A DNA stretch of 64,000 nt, taken from assembly GCF_001447785.1 (NCBI RefSeq), contig NW_015173153.1:39920-103919 (forward strand). Direction: 5' to 3'. Positions 36,711 to 49,738 of the stretch are shown one piece after another. Each line of letters opens with the position of its first letter. The first letter of the stretch is position 1. A program made the position numbers and the translations under genes. The stretch is from Gekko japonicus (taxonomy: Eukaryota). The notes beneath the pieces are model-generated. The model was not told the origin of the DNA. It saw nothing but the letters and a program-made list of their open reading frames with translations, and did not search any database.

Positions 36711-37357
36711 TTTTAGGTTTTTTGTATTTTTCATATGTGTATGTGTGTGTGCGCATACCTGGAACTTCGCAGGGCTCTTTTTGTAGAAAAAGCCCAGCAG
36801 GAACTCATTAGCATAATAGGCCACAGCCAACAGCAGGAACCTATTAGCATATTGGGCCACACCCATGACAGCACAGCTCATTGGCATATTAGGCCGCAAC
36901 CCCATGTTACCAGAAGTGTGCTCATCCAGCCACACCCACCTTTTGCTTCTTATTCTGTTTATCTTGTTTGTTGTCAAAACCCAGGGCTTTTTTGTAGCAG
37001 GAACTCCTTTGCATGTTAGGCCACACACCCCTAATGTAGCCAATCCTAATGAGTTCCTGATGTTGGGTGTGGCCTATTATGCTAATGATTTCCTGCTGGG
37101 CATGGCCAACTTGGGAGCCAGCCGGAACTCCGTTCCTGTGCATTCCCGCCCAAAAATAGCCCTGCCTGGAAGTCATGGTGACCTCTGGTGACCCCTACTG
37201 GGGGCCTGGAGGATATTCAGAGGGGTGGCTGAATAAATTCTGCCCCTGCCTCTGGTATTTCAAGGAGGTCTCCCATCCAAGCACTTGCCAGAGTTGAACC
37301 TGCTTAGCTTCTGAGATCTGACGAGATCAGGCTTGCCTGGGCTATCCAGGTCAGGGC
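36711..37357 (-). mobile_element. 5S rRNA-derived SINE with a nested hAT MITE
   Basis: Minus-strand head gcctgatctcgtcagatctcagaagctaagcagg...cttggatgggagacc; 16-bp TSD aaatcatagttgtatt (36695-36710, 37358-37373). Confidence 0.85.
36770..37164. mobile_element. hAT MITE (CAGGGCT-type) with repeated ATTAGCAT/TTTGCAT modules
   Basis: TIR cagggctctttttg / caaaaatagccctg; near-TSD cctggaac / cctggaag (4 extra bases on the left side). Confidence 0.85.
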
Positions 37358-37374
37358 AAATCATAGTTGTATTA

Positions 37375-37681
37375 GGTCCTTTCCACACTAGACCTTAAAT
37401 CCTGGTTCAACCCTGTCCCCGAACTTACATTCTACACTAAATGCGAATTCACCCCTGTAATTATTTCAGAGTAATTTTACATTCGACACTACACTCCAGT
37501 TCACCCCTGTAATTATCTCAGGGTATTTTTTGTTTCCACATTATATTGAGGTCACCCCGGTTTCGCCCCACACTTGTCATGGGATAAACGGATGCTGTTA
37601 TAACCAGGGCTAAATGCCAGGTATTGTCCCGAGTTGAACTCTGATAAGAACCAGGGATGAGATCCAAGTGCGGAAAGGACC
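37375..37681. mobile_element. PIF/Harbinger MITE
   Basis: TIR ggtcctttccacact / agtgcggaaaggacc; flanks tta / ata. Confidence 0.8.
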
Positions 37682-38016
37682 ATAGTCATCTCTAACCTAT
37701 ATATAAGAATAATCATGCTTTCAAGCACCCATGTTTAAAGGAAAACAGACTTACATGTGGGAGATGTGCAAACACCCCTCAACCAATTCAGAAATGGCTT
37801 GCAAATCAAGCTATTCCTCTGTCCCCAAAAACGAATACACATTGGTTTATACTGAGCCTAATTTTCAATTCAGACCCCATTGAAAACCCAATGACATCAT
37901 TATGAACATGAGCTGGATCACTCCCCCCAACTACCTGCAACCTCTCCCCTCCATTCTGGCTCTGCCCACAAGACCATGAACCCCATTGCTACTTTATCTG
38001 ACCTGTGGGCAGCGGT

Positions 38017-38340
38017 TAGGGTTGCCAGGTCTGGCGGACGAGCAGGCAGGGGATGAGGGTGCACTTACCAGGAGCAGGGAGGAAAGAAGCCAGAAATAAA
38101 TGCGACAGGCCCACATCCCTCGGAAGTGATGCAGGCACGTCAGGGGCAATGCTGTAGTGTCTATGTCACTTCCAGGTGATGCAGGAACATTGTGTTTATT
38201 TCCAGCTTCTTACCTGTTTTTTTTTTGGGGGGGGGTAATTCCCCCCAGCATCCAGCTGGCCGGCAGCAGAGAGGAGCACCAGAAACCAGGGGACCCCTGC
38301 CTGACTGGAGGCCTTTCCCTGGATCCCTCCCTGTTTGGGG
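38017..38340. mobile_element. TAGGGTTGCC-type hAT MITE, diverged
   Basis: Starts tagggttgccagg; degenerate end ggatcccT. Confidence 0.55.
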
Positions 38341-38504
38341 GAACAAAGTAATTATTACGACCCAGCACAACTTCTTTTAGCCTTACAAGACATTATTTTA
38401 AAAAAATGAAAGAGAAAACATTCACTAAGTCTATGAATGGCTACTAGTCATGTTTACTGAGAGCAACCTCCACATTAATTAAAAAATGAAAGAGAAAACA
38501 TTCA

Positions 38505-38738
38505 CTAAGGATTAGTCTATGAATGGCTACTAGCCATGTTTACTGAGAGCAACCTCCACATTAAGAGGCACTAATCCACTGAATCCCAGAGCCAGCCCAG
38601 AAGGTAACATAAGGGGAAGGCCTCAGCCTCTGTGCCCTGTTGTTGACCTTCCAGAGGAACTGGTTGGCCGCTGTGTGAGACAGGATGCTGGACTAGATGG
38701 ACTATTGGTCTGATCCAGCAGGGCTCTTCTAAAGTTCA
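38505..38738 (+). mobile_element. CR1 3' UTR fragment
   Basis: gaggaactggttggccgctgtgtgagacaggatgctggactagatggac..tggtctgatccagcagggct. Confidence 0.8.
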
Positions 38739-39149
38739 CTAGCTAGCAAGCCAAGAGAGGTATGAGATCTATTCAGGTCCTCTTCTAGATGAGTAATTGG
38801 TTAATGAACCATAAGCAGAGGATAGGAATAAGATAACCATGTTCACAATGAAATGAAATAAGCAGTACATTCCTCTAAGCATCTGTACTGGGACTGATGG
38901 TGTTTAAATTATTTGTAAATGAACTGGTATGGTGGGGGGGTGTGACTTAGTCAAGTTTGTGGACATCACAGTTCAGGACTGTGGAAACAATCCCATACAG
39001 GCTGCAAAAATCTCTGAAAGTATTAACAATGTAGATTCAAAGTAAGTATAAAGTAAAGCAAACTGGGGCAAAAAATCCTAAATTCCCATGTACACTGATG
39101 ATATCTGAACTAGCTAGGAGAATTAGCTTGCCATGGCATCATACTGCCA

Positions 39150-39475
39150 ATGAGACATCACCTCACTGTGCAGTTAAAACAAAAGGGCAGGGTCCATAAA
39201 AAACATTATTTGGAAAGAGAACAAAATTTAAATGATCTATATTGTAATGCCCATATATGAAACTATGGTGCAGCAGCATTCGGAATACTTTTGGTGTGCC
39301 ACCTCAAACTGGATAAGGTACAGATAAGGTTGACCAGCAAGGAGCTGAAATGCCTTCCTTATAAGGCAAGGGTGAAGCATTTGGGGCTTTTAGTTTATAA
39401 AATAATTACTATGAGGGGCATGAAAAAGGTTTACACAATTATTAATGGGGTGGCGACAGTAGAGAGAGAAAATTA
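39150..39475 (+). mobile_element. Old CR1 RT fragment
   Basis: Translation ..ELKCLPYKARVKHLGLL..RGMKKVYTIING resembles the CR1 C-terminus. Confidence 0.6.
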
Positions 39476-40663
39476 GCTTGATTTTGTGGGACTTGGTATC
39501 ACTCAGCCAAAACTGAGAATGTGAGTACTTCTTCTAGTAAAGCAAGATACAGTTCCTGGGCAACACAATGTTGCAATAAGGCTATGAAGCCATCCTTAGG
39601 TTTTGGCAAGCAGTAAGCAGAGCATGTGTTCAAGCCCCATGCCCCCTTTCTCTGCACAATAAATAACTGGGTTGTGCTCTTGGCCTGGCAGCAAAGAATC
39701 TTTGCATGTAGCATATATGGAATGTACAGACAGAAAATGAGTTTAAACAAGTTAATTTTATATTGATAACGTTTTCCCCTAATGCTACTTCCCTTGACTT
39801 TTTACAGGCAGCTGAACCTTTGAAAATTAATAATAGAAAGCTTTTTACTCCTGTCCTCAGCATACTTTGGTTTTAATAACAAGACTGATAGTTATTTCAG
39901 AAATATATCAAGAAAGATTTCAAAAGCTACCTTATTTTATTAGGCACAATTATTAAATTTTCTATGGCATTTGCAGTTCATTTTTGCTAGTAAGCATTAT
40001 ACGTTAATCCTTTGAGTTCATATTGAGTTTAACCATATGAATTTTCTATCATAGAAAAGTACAATGTGCACTGGCAGTAGCAAAGGGATGAAGAATTAAC
40101 AGTTATCAAATTTTAAAGTGAAAGCCATTTCTGCTTGAGAATTTGCTGCCAATGATCATACTTCCATGTAGAAACATGAATATCTCATTGCTGGCCAATA
40201 ATAGCAGCAGGCATTCCTTTTCAGTTGCATATGGTATACACACATAAAGTCTAGGCTTTAGTAATAGGAATTTGGACTTTGAATACTGTAGGTTTAGGAG
40301 ACATTAAGTAATCTGGGAATCTGGTACAACATTTTCTGTAGCAATAGTACCTGATTATTTTTTACAAGTTCCAGATATGGAGATTAATCATTTGGGAAAA
40401 GGGCAGAAAACAAAATTCACTCAAGAGTTGTGGCATATCTGTTTGGTCCTGGTTTCACATACATATGGACTCTTCTTCCTTGCAGGTCTTCAAGCAGAGG
40501 CTGGATGGCCATCTGTTGGGGCTGCTGTACTTCTATATTACTCCAGTGAGCATGGAGTTGGACTAGATGACTTCCAAGATCCCTTCCAACTCTGTGACTC
40601 AGATCATAAAGCACAGATCAGAGTCAATTGAAAAGCATTGTGGATGAAGTGATATGTAGCAAA

Positions 40664-41276
40664 TAGGGTTGTCAGCCCACTGCTGGTGACCCCCAGGATA
40701 CTGACCCCATGACATCATTTCCAGTTGAAGACCCAGCAGTGATGTCACAGCCCTCTAACAATGCTCTAGGAATTCCATAAATCATTATGGTGAAGACCAC
40801 AGAGATTATTGAAATTCCTAGAGCATCTCAGGAGATTGTGGTGTTACTTTCAGGATTTTCTCTGCAAATGACATCATGGTGTCAATGACACCATTTCCTC
40901 CACTTAACCACTACACCAGTTTGGTGTAGTGATTAAGTGTATGGACTCTAATCTGGGAGAACCAGGTTTGAGTCCCCCCTCCTCCACTTACACCTTCTGG
41001 ATGACCTTGGATAAACCATAGTCCTGGCAGAGCTGTTCTTGAAAAAGGGCAGTTTCTGTCAAGAGCTCTCTCAGCCCCACCTACCTCACAGGGTGTCTGT
41101 TGTGGGGAGGGGAAGGGAAAGGTGTTTGTAAGCTGCTCTGAGACTCCCTTGGGTAGTGAAGGGTGGGGTATAAATCCAATATCTTCTCCTCCTCCTTTTC
41201 CTTTCCATTTCCAAAATGATCACCTTGGGTACAACAGTGGGAGATTGCGTGCACCACCTAGTATGTAGCAGCCCTA
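40664..41276. mobile_element. TAGGGTTG-type hAT MITE hosting a Squam3 SINE
   Basis: Ends tagggttgtc / gcagcccta; TSD gtagcaaa / gtagtaaa. Confidence 0.65.
40916..41204 (+). mobile_element. Squam3-like (Ther1-derived) SINE, near full length
   Basis: ccagtttggtgtagtg.ttaag head with A/B-box-like motifs; ctctcagccccacctacctcacagggtgtctgttgtgg core; CT-rich tail; TSD ccatttcc. Confidence 0.88.
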
Positions 41277-42247
41277 GTAGTAAAATGAATGTTCTGACTC
41301 CATTGATCTATGATGGTTCATTCACACATGCAGACACTATAGACACCAAGGCTGAACAGCTTTGTGCAAACCAGTTCTAAGATCAGATCCTGAGGAGAGG
41401 ATCAGAATCTGAGCTCAGGACAAAATAATAATACAAATATAAATATCAACGTCATGAATTTTAGAGGGCAAGAGCCAAAGACAATGCAAATAGCAATAAA
41501 CTGGGATGCCTACCAGATTAGCCATATTGTGAAGTGTCATTTCTCACAACTAGTTTTTATGCTTTTATAAAGGACGCACGCATTGGAGTGTCCACTAGAC
41601 TCTGGATCAGATGAATGTACCTTAACTGATTCCACTACCAATAATATGGAGACTACATATACAACATGCAAATAACATGCATTTGCCATTACACCCTCAC
41701 ATCTCTTTAGGTAGCCAGCTGCTGAACATGCACCTGCTCAAATGTCTATTGTAAACAGCAGAGACATCCTTTTTGGCTCTGCTGAAAATGTGCATAATGG
41801 AAAGACACATTTTATTTAAAAGACCATCATTTTTCGTGATTAAAATAATCCACATCAGAAAAGATTTTCCCAATAATTTTCTAAGTTCCCATTTATCATA
41901 GTTTTGCCACAAGAAGCCACAGTAATTTCATTTTTCTTGACTTCTATTAAAAAGATCAATAGTTATGATTCCAAAGAGTCTCAGCTAAGGAGAAGATGGA
42001 GCAGGTCTGTAATCATATATGAAAGTATTGGTTGTTGTTAGCAAAAAGAGTTATTTGTAAAGACAGTGGCCCCAAATGCAAGTACTTAAACATTTCCATT
42101 GGTCTATGGTTGATCAGCTCTACCTAGCAATATTTCACTTTGCATATTATTAAATATAAATAATAAATTACCATATTAGAAGAAGAGAATCACATTGGTC
42201 TTGTTCAATATATTGCCACCATTCTAAAGTAATATTAATCTTAGGGA

Positions 42248-42308
42248 AGAGTAAGAGTCCAGTAGCACCTTAAAGACTAACACAATTTGTGGTAGAGTAT
42301 GAGCTTTC
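42248..42308 (-). mobile_element. Penelope pseudo-LTR fragment (3' half of the hammerhead region)
   Basis: gagtccagtagcaccttaaagactaac...gtatgagctttc, the same motif as the units at 10272 and 10835. Confidence 0.7.
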
Positions 42309-42309
42309 C

Positions 42310-42736
42310 TTTTTTTTTTTTACCATTTTGTTCATAAAATTTTCCACGTTTTATATACAAAAGAGAAGACAAATACAGCTCTAAAGCGTATTTCCTTTTG
42401 CAGATATCTTCACATCGTTTACATTAAATATCCAACGCACTCTACAATTTGCCTTCTTCAGTTAGTTTAAAACAAATTTTGACTCTTCCAGCCAATTATA
42501 AAAACTAAACCAATATTTTTCATATTTCTCTGCACCTTTTTCTTCAATAATGCAAGTTAATTTTTCCATCTCTGCTATTTCAAACACTTTATAAATAATC
42601 TCCTCTTTGGAAGGAATATTCTCCTCCTTCCATTTCTTGGCCAATACAATTCTTGCTGCTGTCAACATTTGCATTATTAAATATATCTCTTTTCTCAGAA
42701 AGGTATCAGGTATTACATTTAACAAAAAGCATTCTG
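42310..42736 (-). mobile_element. L1/Tx1-type LINE 3' end with poly(A)
   Basis: MLTAARIVLAKKWK..IPS..EIAEMEKLT..KYWFSFYNWL; poly(T) at 42310-42321 on the plus strand. Confidence 0.85.
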
Positions 42737-43462
42737 TGAGGTAGGTTAGGATGAGACTGCATGACTGGTCCATGAACCTGGATCCCCCAGCTCCTAGTCC
42801 AGTCCTCTGAACTAGCTCGCCATGCTGGCTCTCATATCATCATAAACAGAATGCTTATCTGTGGAAGTGGTTCTCAGTCCTTAAGTCAACAGTGATCAAT
42901 AGAGATTGTATTGTATAAGTAAACCAGCCTTACAGCCCATGCAAATCAATGGGGCTTAATAATGTCAGGCAATTCAATCCTATGGTTTAGCTAAAATGGC
43001 TTCAGCTACGTTGAAACTTAATGTAGTGTAAATGTAGTCGAGATCCCGTGCTCCAGCTCCAGCAGAAGAAAGGATGTAGCAGATCACATCATAAGCTTTT
43101 ACTGAAAGGTATCACTGGTAGAGTGAATTATGTAGTTACAGCCTTTTTGTTCTAGCCTGTCGTCTGTGCCATTCAAAGCTGCATATGCTTTTCAGTGGAA
43201 GTGGTTCACATATTTAGAGAGCCAGACCCATAACAGGTACAGTGTTTCTCATCTCTGCAGAGACAAAAGGAACAAGAACATAGTGACTTGTGATCAGGCA
43301 CTCACAGAATTAGTAACTGAGAAAAGATGCTTTACCATTCTGTATATCACTCTCCTGTGGAATGTGCACTCATCTAGTTATCCCACAATGTCTAGATTTT
43401 GGGATGATTCGTCATTAAGGGAGACATGCATCCGATGGATGGTGTTGCCTGTAAAATTTTAA

Positions 43463-44040
43463 TTTTTATTTATTTATTCTTTGGATTTGTATCCCACCCT
43501 CCCCGAAGGCTCAGGGTGGCTAACAAGGGCAAAATGCCAAATTCTAACAATAAAAGCAGTATAAAATACAATAATACAAGTATTACAGTTAATTAAAATT
43601 AGTAAAAATAAGTTTTCGGTGCTCCGATACTCACTCCGAATCATAAAACCAAGATGGTATTCTGAAGATGTTTTAGCTAAACAACAGCAACAATATATGT
43701 CCCCACAACCCTGTTGTCCACTAGGGACATCTCGCACCCTCGATGATTCCCGTACCTGCGGTAGTAGAGTGCGGTGATGAAAAGGCGTTGGTGGAATAAT
43801 GGTGGCGGCGGCTCCTACTCAAAAGCCTGGTGGAAGAGCTCCGTTTTACAGGCCCTGTGGAACTGTACAAGGTCCCGCAGGGCCCGGATCTCCTCTGGGA
43901 GCTCATTCCACCAGGTAGGAGCCGCCACCGAAAACGCCCTGGCCCTGGTCATAGCGAGTTTGATGGTCTTGGGGCCTGGAATATCCAGGAGGTTTCGGAT
44001 CCCCGACCGTAGTGCCCTTGGGGGAACATGCGGGGAAAGA
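43463..44040 (-). mobile_element. L2 3' end fragment
   Basis: RAFSVAAPTWWNELPEEIRAL on the minus strand; tail ttagccaccctgag...(AAAT)n. Confidence 0.88.
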
Positions 44041-44646
44041 TGTTGCTAACCCCACCCCAGTTCAGATTCTGCAACAAAGAATGAATCAGAAATGTTGGCT
44101 CAGCAGTACTAAGGAATAGGTAGTGAATGGCTACACAGTCCCTGGCCATGGATGAACTCAATCATTTAAAAAAAAAAAACTGTAAAAACCCCAGTTCTGA
44201 AATCCCTTCATGTGCCCAATGACATTATAAGAAGCATGACAAAATGTCCAAATGCCTCCTCTGCTAGCGCACAACCTTTCCACTTACCTGGCCTGACTTG
44301 GCCACAGTAGCAGCAGTCACAGAATGTTTCTGAGTACCCACACTCCCTGGTCCCTTGACTGCTGAAATCTTTCCAAGCTCAACACATCTGCAACCCCAAC
44401 TATTATTCATCCCACAGCCTAACTCTAGCCACCAGTCTTTTTTTTTTCCCTTCAGAAAACAGCAATGACATAAATCTCAATGTAATCACTTCTCTTTCCT
44501 CTATTTACACAACACGGAGTTCTCTCTAGGTTTACAATGTCATATGGAGCATCAGAGAATCTGGTCCTGCCTCACTCACCTTAGCCCAAACATGCAAACA
44601 GAAGAAAGTATGGAACAGAAGTACAAGCAAGAGGAATCATTCAGAA

Positions 44647-44682
44647 TTCCTTCCTTCCTTCCTTCCTTCCTTCCTTCCTTCC
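44647..44682 (+). repeat. (TTCC)n microsatellite
   Basis: Seen directly. Confidence 0.95.
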
Positions 44683-44959
44683 ATCCTTTTCTGTAACATA
44701 GACACACAAACACACACACAGCTTTTCTGGTACATAGTCAAAGAAGAGTGGGGAAAAACATTTTCATTATGTTTCATTCAAAGATCTCTAAGCGTTCCAC
44801 ATGCTTCTTTGTCAGGGGATCTATATTTCTAGAACACTGTAATTATCCTTAAAATAGTTTTGCCATACCCAATGTGCACTGATTGTCTGTCTTCAGTTTT
44901 TAATTCTCTGTAATCATATATTTATTTGTTAAAAATTTGTTTTGTGTATTATTTTTGAT

Positions 44960-45388
44960 CATGGGTGTTGAACTGATTTGTTATGAGGGCCAGAACTGAC
45001 ATAAATGAGAACTTGTTGGGCTGGGCCATGTGTGTCATAAAATGTAATGCCAGGTAGCAGAGATATAAACTTTATAAAGGACACAAACACAAAAGGTCTT
45101 TTTTAACTTAAAAACATGCTTAAAACATTAGCACTCTTGCAATATTTTGTTTATTGAACAGTGTCTGATAACTGACACCTCTTACTCTGAATTATTGCAT
45201 CAAAATGTCTATGCTGTTGCAATCTTGAGTATGTTGTTCAGGTGTGTATCTGTAAGCTGCAAACCTACGATGATGCAGCAGCAGCAGAACTGGAAGAAGA
45301 AGCAGAAGACAGCCAGTTCCACTGCGGGCCTGATAGAAGCCCTCCAGGGGTCTGATCCAGCCCCCGGGCCACATGTTTGACACCCCTG
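44960..45388. mobile_element. Charlie-like hAT MITE
   Basis: Ends catgggtgttgaac / gtttgacacccctg; TSD tttttgat / ttttagat. Confidence 0.75.
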
Positions 45389-45399
45389 TTTTAGATCCT

Positions 45400-47469
45400 C
45401 TGACAAAGTGTGCAAAATACTTTGTAGCCAGGTGGCAGGACTGTCCCCTCCACTGTCCCCTCCTGGGGCCTGGGGCCAACAGTCCGGACAGTGAGGTCTT
45501 CCAGTTGCCAGCAGTGGGTCATGAGGAAGAGGTAGCCATGCTGCTGGCTACTCCAGAAGTCTGTGTTGAAATGGACAGTTTAGCCTTGTGCTCTGGAGAC
45601 CTCAGCTGTGACCAATGCCACTGTAGATCAATGCATGGCAGGAAATATTTGCCAGCTCATGAAGTACCAGGGAGCCAGGTGGTGTAGCAGCTGGTGAAAG
45701 GCTACATCCTCCACAAGGGAGATGGGTTGGCCATCCACAACAATCATCTCTCTGATGAAGTGAGTGGGTGCTTCCTGAACACTCCCCCTTGCCCTTTTGA
45801 ATGGCACCTTCGACATCCCTGGGAGCATGACCTCTTGGAGGGAGGCCTGCCTTGGGGTCCCAACCACAGTACCCAGAGTGTGCTGAGCCTTTCTCAGAGG
45901 GGCCTTCTGCTCCCTCTCTGCTTGTCCCTGCTAAGAGGGAGTGGGCCTCTTCCTCCTCCCACTACCCGTCAATCCTTCCTCCGGCAGCAACAAAGTGGGT
46001 GCCTATGGGAAAAGACAGGTGTTGGGTGTTTGTGCCCCTGCAGACATGGGTGTGGCACACCTGGCACTCTGACACATGGGTCACTGGAGAGGATGCATAA
46101 ATGTTTCCACAGGCTGGAGTAGAAATGGAGCCCCATGATTTGAGCAGGTGAGACTAGACACAGCTGCTTTCTGGCACCGGGCTGGAAGGCTCCAGTGGGT
46201 GATATACTTGGGGAAGCAGGAGCAGGAGGGAGTTGGGACTTGGGTGGGGAAGATGCTTCTCCCCAAATCTCTGAACCACTGCAGTCAGAGGATTTCTCTC
46301 CAAAGAGTTCTAGCAACTGCTGTGGTCTGGACATTGCTAATGCCTGTCTCCTCTTGGGAAAGCCCCAAGGACAGAATAGGGGAAGAAGGCTCCAAGAGCC
46401 CTGGTGCTGCCCTGCTAGGGCAGGACTCCAGGGGGGTTGGGTTTTGTACTTAGGGACAGGGGCCTCTGGTTCTCTGTGGGAGGAGGGCTTCTTCCCCCCA
46501 CAACGAGCACCCCTTCCACCCACTTTCACCTTCATGGTGTTCACCAAGCCCCTGTGTTCAGCATGAATGCAGAAAGGACAGAACCAGATCCCTGGTTCCA
46601 GAATACTCCCAAACCCCCACAGCAGAGAGAAGAGGAGATTCGTAGCAGGAGAGATGGGGGATAGAAAGGCACAGAATAGCTGTGTTCAGCATGAGCACAG
46701 GAAGAGCAGGCCCAGCTCCCTGGTTGCAGAAAACTCCAAACCTCCCACAGCACAGAGCAGAGGAGATCAGAGGAGATTTAATTTAAGGGGCTTCTGCAAA
46801 AACATTTGGAGGAACGGGCTGCATTCCTGNNNNNNNNNNNNNNNNNNNNNNNNNNNNNNNNNNNNNNTCCTGCAATCCTATGCTCTGAGTGGCTGCTTGT
46901 TGAAGGTGAAAGGCAAAGTGTCCCACCTGAGTTGAGCGCCAGTCCTCGGTCTCAGCACCTGCTGTCAGCCTGAGAGAGCTTCCTCCTGCAGGGGCTTAGC
47001 CACTCCAGCCTGACAACTGCCAGCACCCGTGCTTTGCTGGCCCAGCCCACTTCACCAGCCAACAAAGGAATGGGAGAGAGGAGAACTCATTCAATATAAA
47101 GACTTCTGAGCCCATAGACCACAATGGAATAAAGGAATGGAAGAGAGGAGAACTCATTCAATATAAAGCCTTCTGAGCCCATAGACCACAATGGAAACTC
47201 TGTTATGGATAGCCAGCAATGCCCGTTGAGCTTTGGAAGGCTCCTATTGGTGTTTCCAAGGCTGGAGAATTCTCCCCCAACTGTTGCCTTGGAGTTTTGT
47301 AAACAGTTTAATTGATTGGCGCCAGTCTGCCTCTGCTCATGAACCATCATGAACCGCACTAAGAATTTGTGAAAATTTGTGATGTTAGAGCCTTCATGGA
47401 CATCACTTCACAGAAACCAGCAAAAATTCAGTACGAACTTTAGTTCGTGTCAGTTCGTGCCCATGCCTA
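45400..47469 (-). pseudogene. Decayed autonomous-type hAT (Ac/ZBED-like) transposon: terminal region plus N-terminal half of the transposase
   Basis: BED-like SLWKHL..C..; REMIVVDGQPISLVEDVAFHQLLHHLAPWY; first catalytic-Asp region TVHFNTDFWSS..GYLFLMTHCW; terminus gttcgtgcccatgccta at 47469. Confidence 0.8.
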
Positions 47470-49378
47470 CACTGCACCATTCTTTTTCCCCTCTGATTTG
47501 ACTTAGTATTGGTGCACTACCACCGCGACCAGCACCCCCTTTTTTGCAGTCTTCAGGAGCAGAAAAAGCCACTGTTAGAGAGGTTACTATGGCTGGATGA
47601 AGGCTCCACACTTTGCTTAGTGGTATGGTAGAATACATGCCATCATCTGGTTGACTGCAGAGCAAAATAATTGGCTGCATGGCAAGATACAAAACAGAAG
47701 GGGGGAAGTTAAGCTGGAGCTGACCTGGACAATCAGTTCCAGAAGAAAGCAGTAACCCAAATGCCAAAACTAAATCATTCTAGTTGGAAAACTGTCCATC
47801 CTATTCTTTCAAAGGATGTTTGATTGGTTCTCTTCATGGTCCAATTGGATTTTTCTTTGGCCAGATAGTTGGCTGTATTGAGAGCCATTCATTCTTACGT
47901 GCTATTGGCAGTACTCCATTTTATAGACAGTGGACAAAGAATAATTTCCCCAGTGCATAAACAATATTGAATAACTCAAATCCAATCTGACACTAGTGGA
48001 GTTTTGTTTGTTTGTCAACTAGAGGAAACATTAACTTCAGTTCTGCTGATCACAGACTTTAAAATCAGTGCCCTTTTCAGTTATCCCTTTGTCCAGTTAA
48101 TTTGGAAGATGCAAACATGCATTCTGAGTTTGAGTCCAAGCAATAGACAAAAGCCAAAGCTACCCTAAAAACATTTTTCTTTTCCTGAAGCAGACTCTAG
48201 CTGGAGCATTAATTTAATAAAACATAAAATCAATATAATTTTAATTTTAAGAAGTCAAAACCAATGCCAAGCTGTCTTTTAGGAATTCATGACCCTTTTT
48301 TCCCCTTTAGTTGGAAAAATAAAATTAAAACCAGAACTGATTTAATGATTCTCATCCTGGTTTGTTTAGCAGTGGGACATTTGATTCAGCAACCTTTATG
48401 CCTACCATCTTTGCTTTTATTTGTTCATTTCAAATGTGTATGTGCAACAGATTTGCTGTTGATACTTTTTAATCTAAAAATGGCAGAAACTACTGTATTA
48501 ACACTTCTGGAAGAAAATCAACACACCCCCAAAAAAATATTTCTGGAAATGCCTTCATTGGTTTCCATCTTCAGGCTATTAGCTCCAGTGTAGCACTCTG
48601 GGCCTTTTACTAGAATACACCAAAGCATCTTTACATAAAGGCCATCTGAACAATTACACGGGTTGTAAATACACATTTGCCAGGAAGCTTATGCACTAAA
48701 AGGAGGTACAGTCCATCCCAGTTCCTCAACAATTGTTCCAGTCATTGAGTGTACAGTAATCAAGTTCAGAGAAATCAAGTGGCAGGCGTGAGCATCTGGC
48801 CCAACCCAGTATTACTTCAGAAGGACAGAGATGCTCTACATATGTGCAATGAGCACATCAAACATTATCATGTGACACACTAGAAGATGTCAAGCTTCTT
48901 AATGGCATTGGACGACTGAAATCAGTAAAAGCCTGTCGGATCTATATAACCCTAGCTGTGACATAATGCCATGGATTTAAAGATCAACCCTTTTGGTGTG
49001 ACTTAATGCAAGTCGTCTAAAAGGAAAAGCAGGAAATCTATCTGAACAGATTTGATCTGTCAGGTGCAATTTACTATAACAGTCCACAACATGAACAGTT
49101 TGGGGAGTTATTGAGTAGTTGTGACTACCAAGAAAAAGAGCTGATTGTAATGTAGCCATTATGTCTGCTTCTGCGTGCTTCAAAAGTCACTGGTAAAAAC
49201 TATCATGTTGTCAAGGAAGTCTGGCCTTAGTGGAGTAACAAGGCTCAGTGATCAAAATCACAGCATTTGAAGGTCTTTTGAGAGGGAAAGTGGCCTCATG
49301 GCACTGGGATAGTGGATGGGCCAATGGCTCATATTTTTTTTTCTTTTTCTTTCTTCTTCTTTTGCTGTTAAGTCATAA

Positions 49379-49738
49379 TGTCAGCTAATGCTGCCATGGG
49401 TTGGAATGTTCAGTCAAAGGGATGTGCTCACTTGCCTCCCCCACTCCTTTTCTTTTGCTTGCGCTTATCTTTCAGGTGTCCTTGAGGCTAGAGTCACTTC
49501 TTCCCCGAGCTTCCCGCTGGGAACCTAATGGCTGGGTGTTAGCCCACACTTAATAGTGCCTCCTTATTGGCTTTGTAGTATCAGGGGGTCCCTTTTGAAG
49601 GGGGTATATCCCAAACGCCCCGTGCCTCTCCCGCCATTCCTGACACAAGAGTTCATGGTGTCTCAAGTATTTTCTCTCTCAATAAACTGAATCTTCTGAA
49701 GACCTGGTGTTGAGCATGATTGATTGGGAACCCTGACA
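49379..49738 (+). mobile_element. Solo LTR related to 16517-16913, inserted in a 5S SINE tail
   Basis: tgtcag...ctgaca ends; TSD cataa / catag; TATA-like gtatat (~49605) and AATAAA at 49681. Confidence 0.85.
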
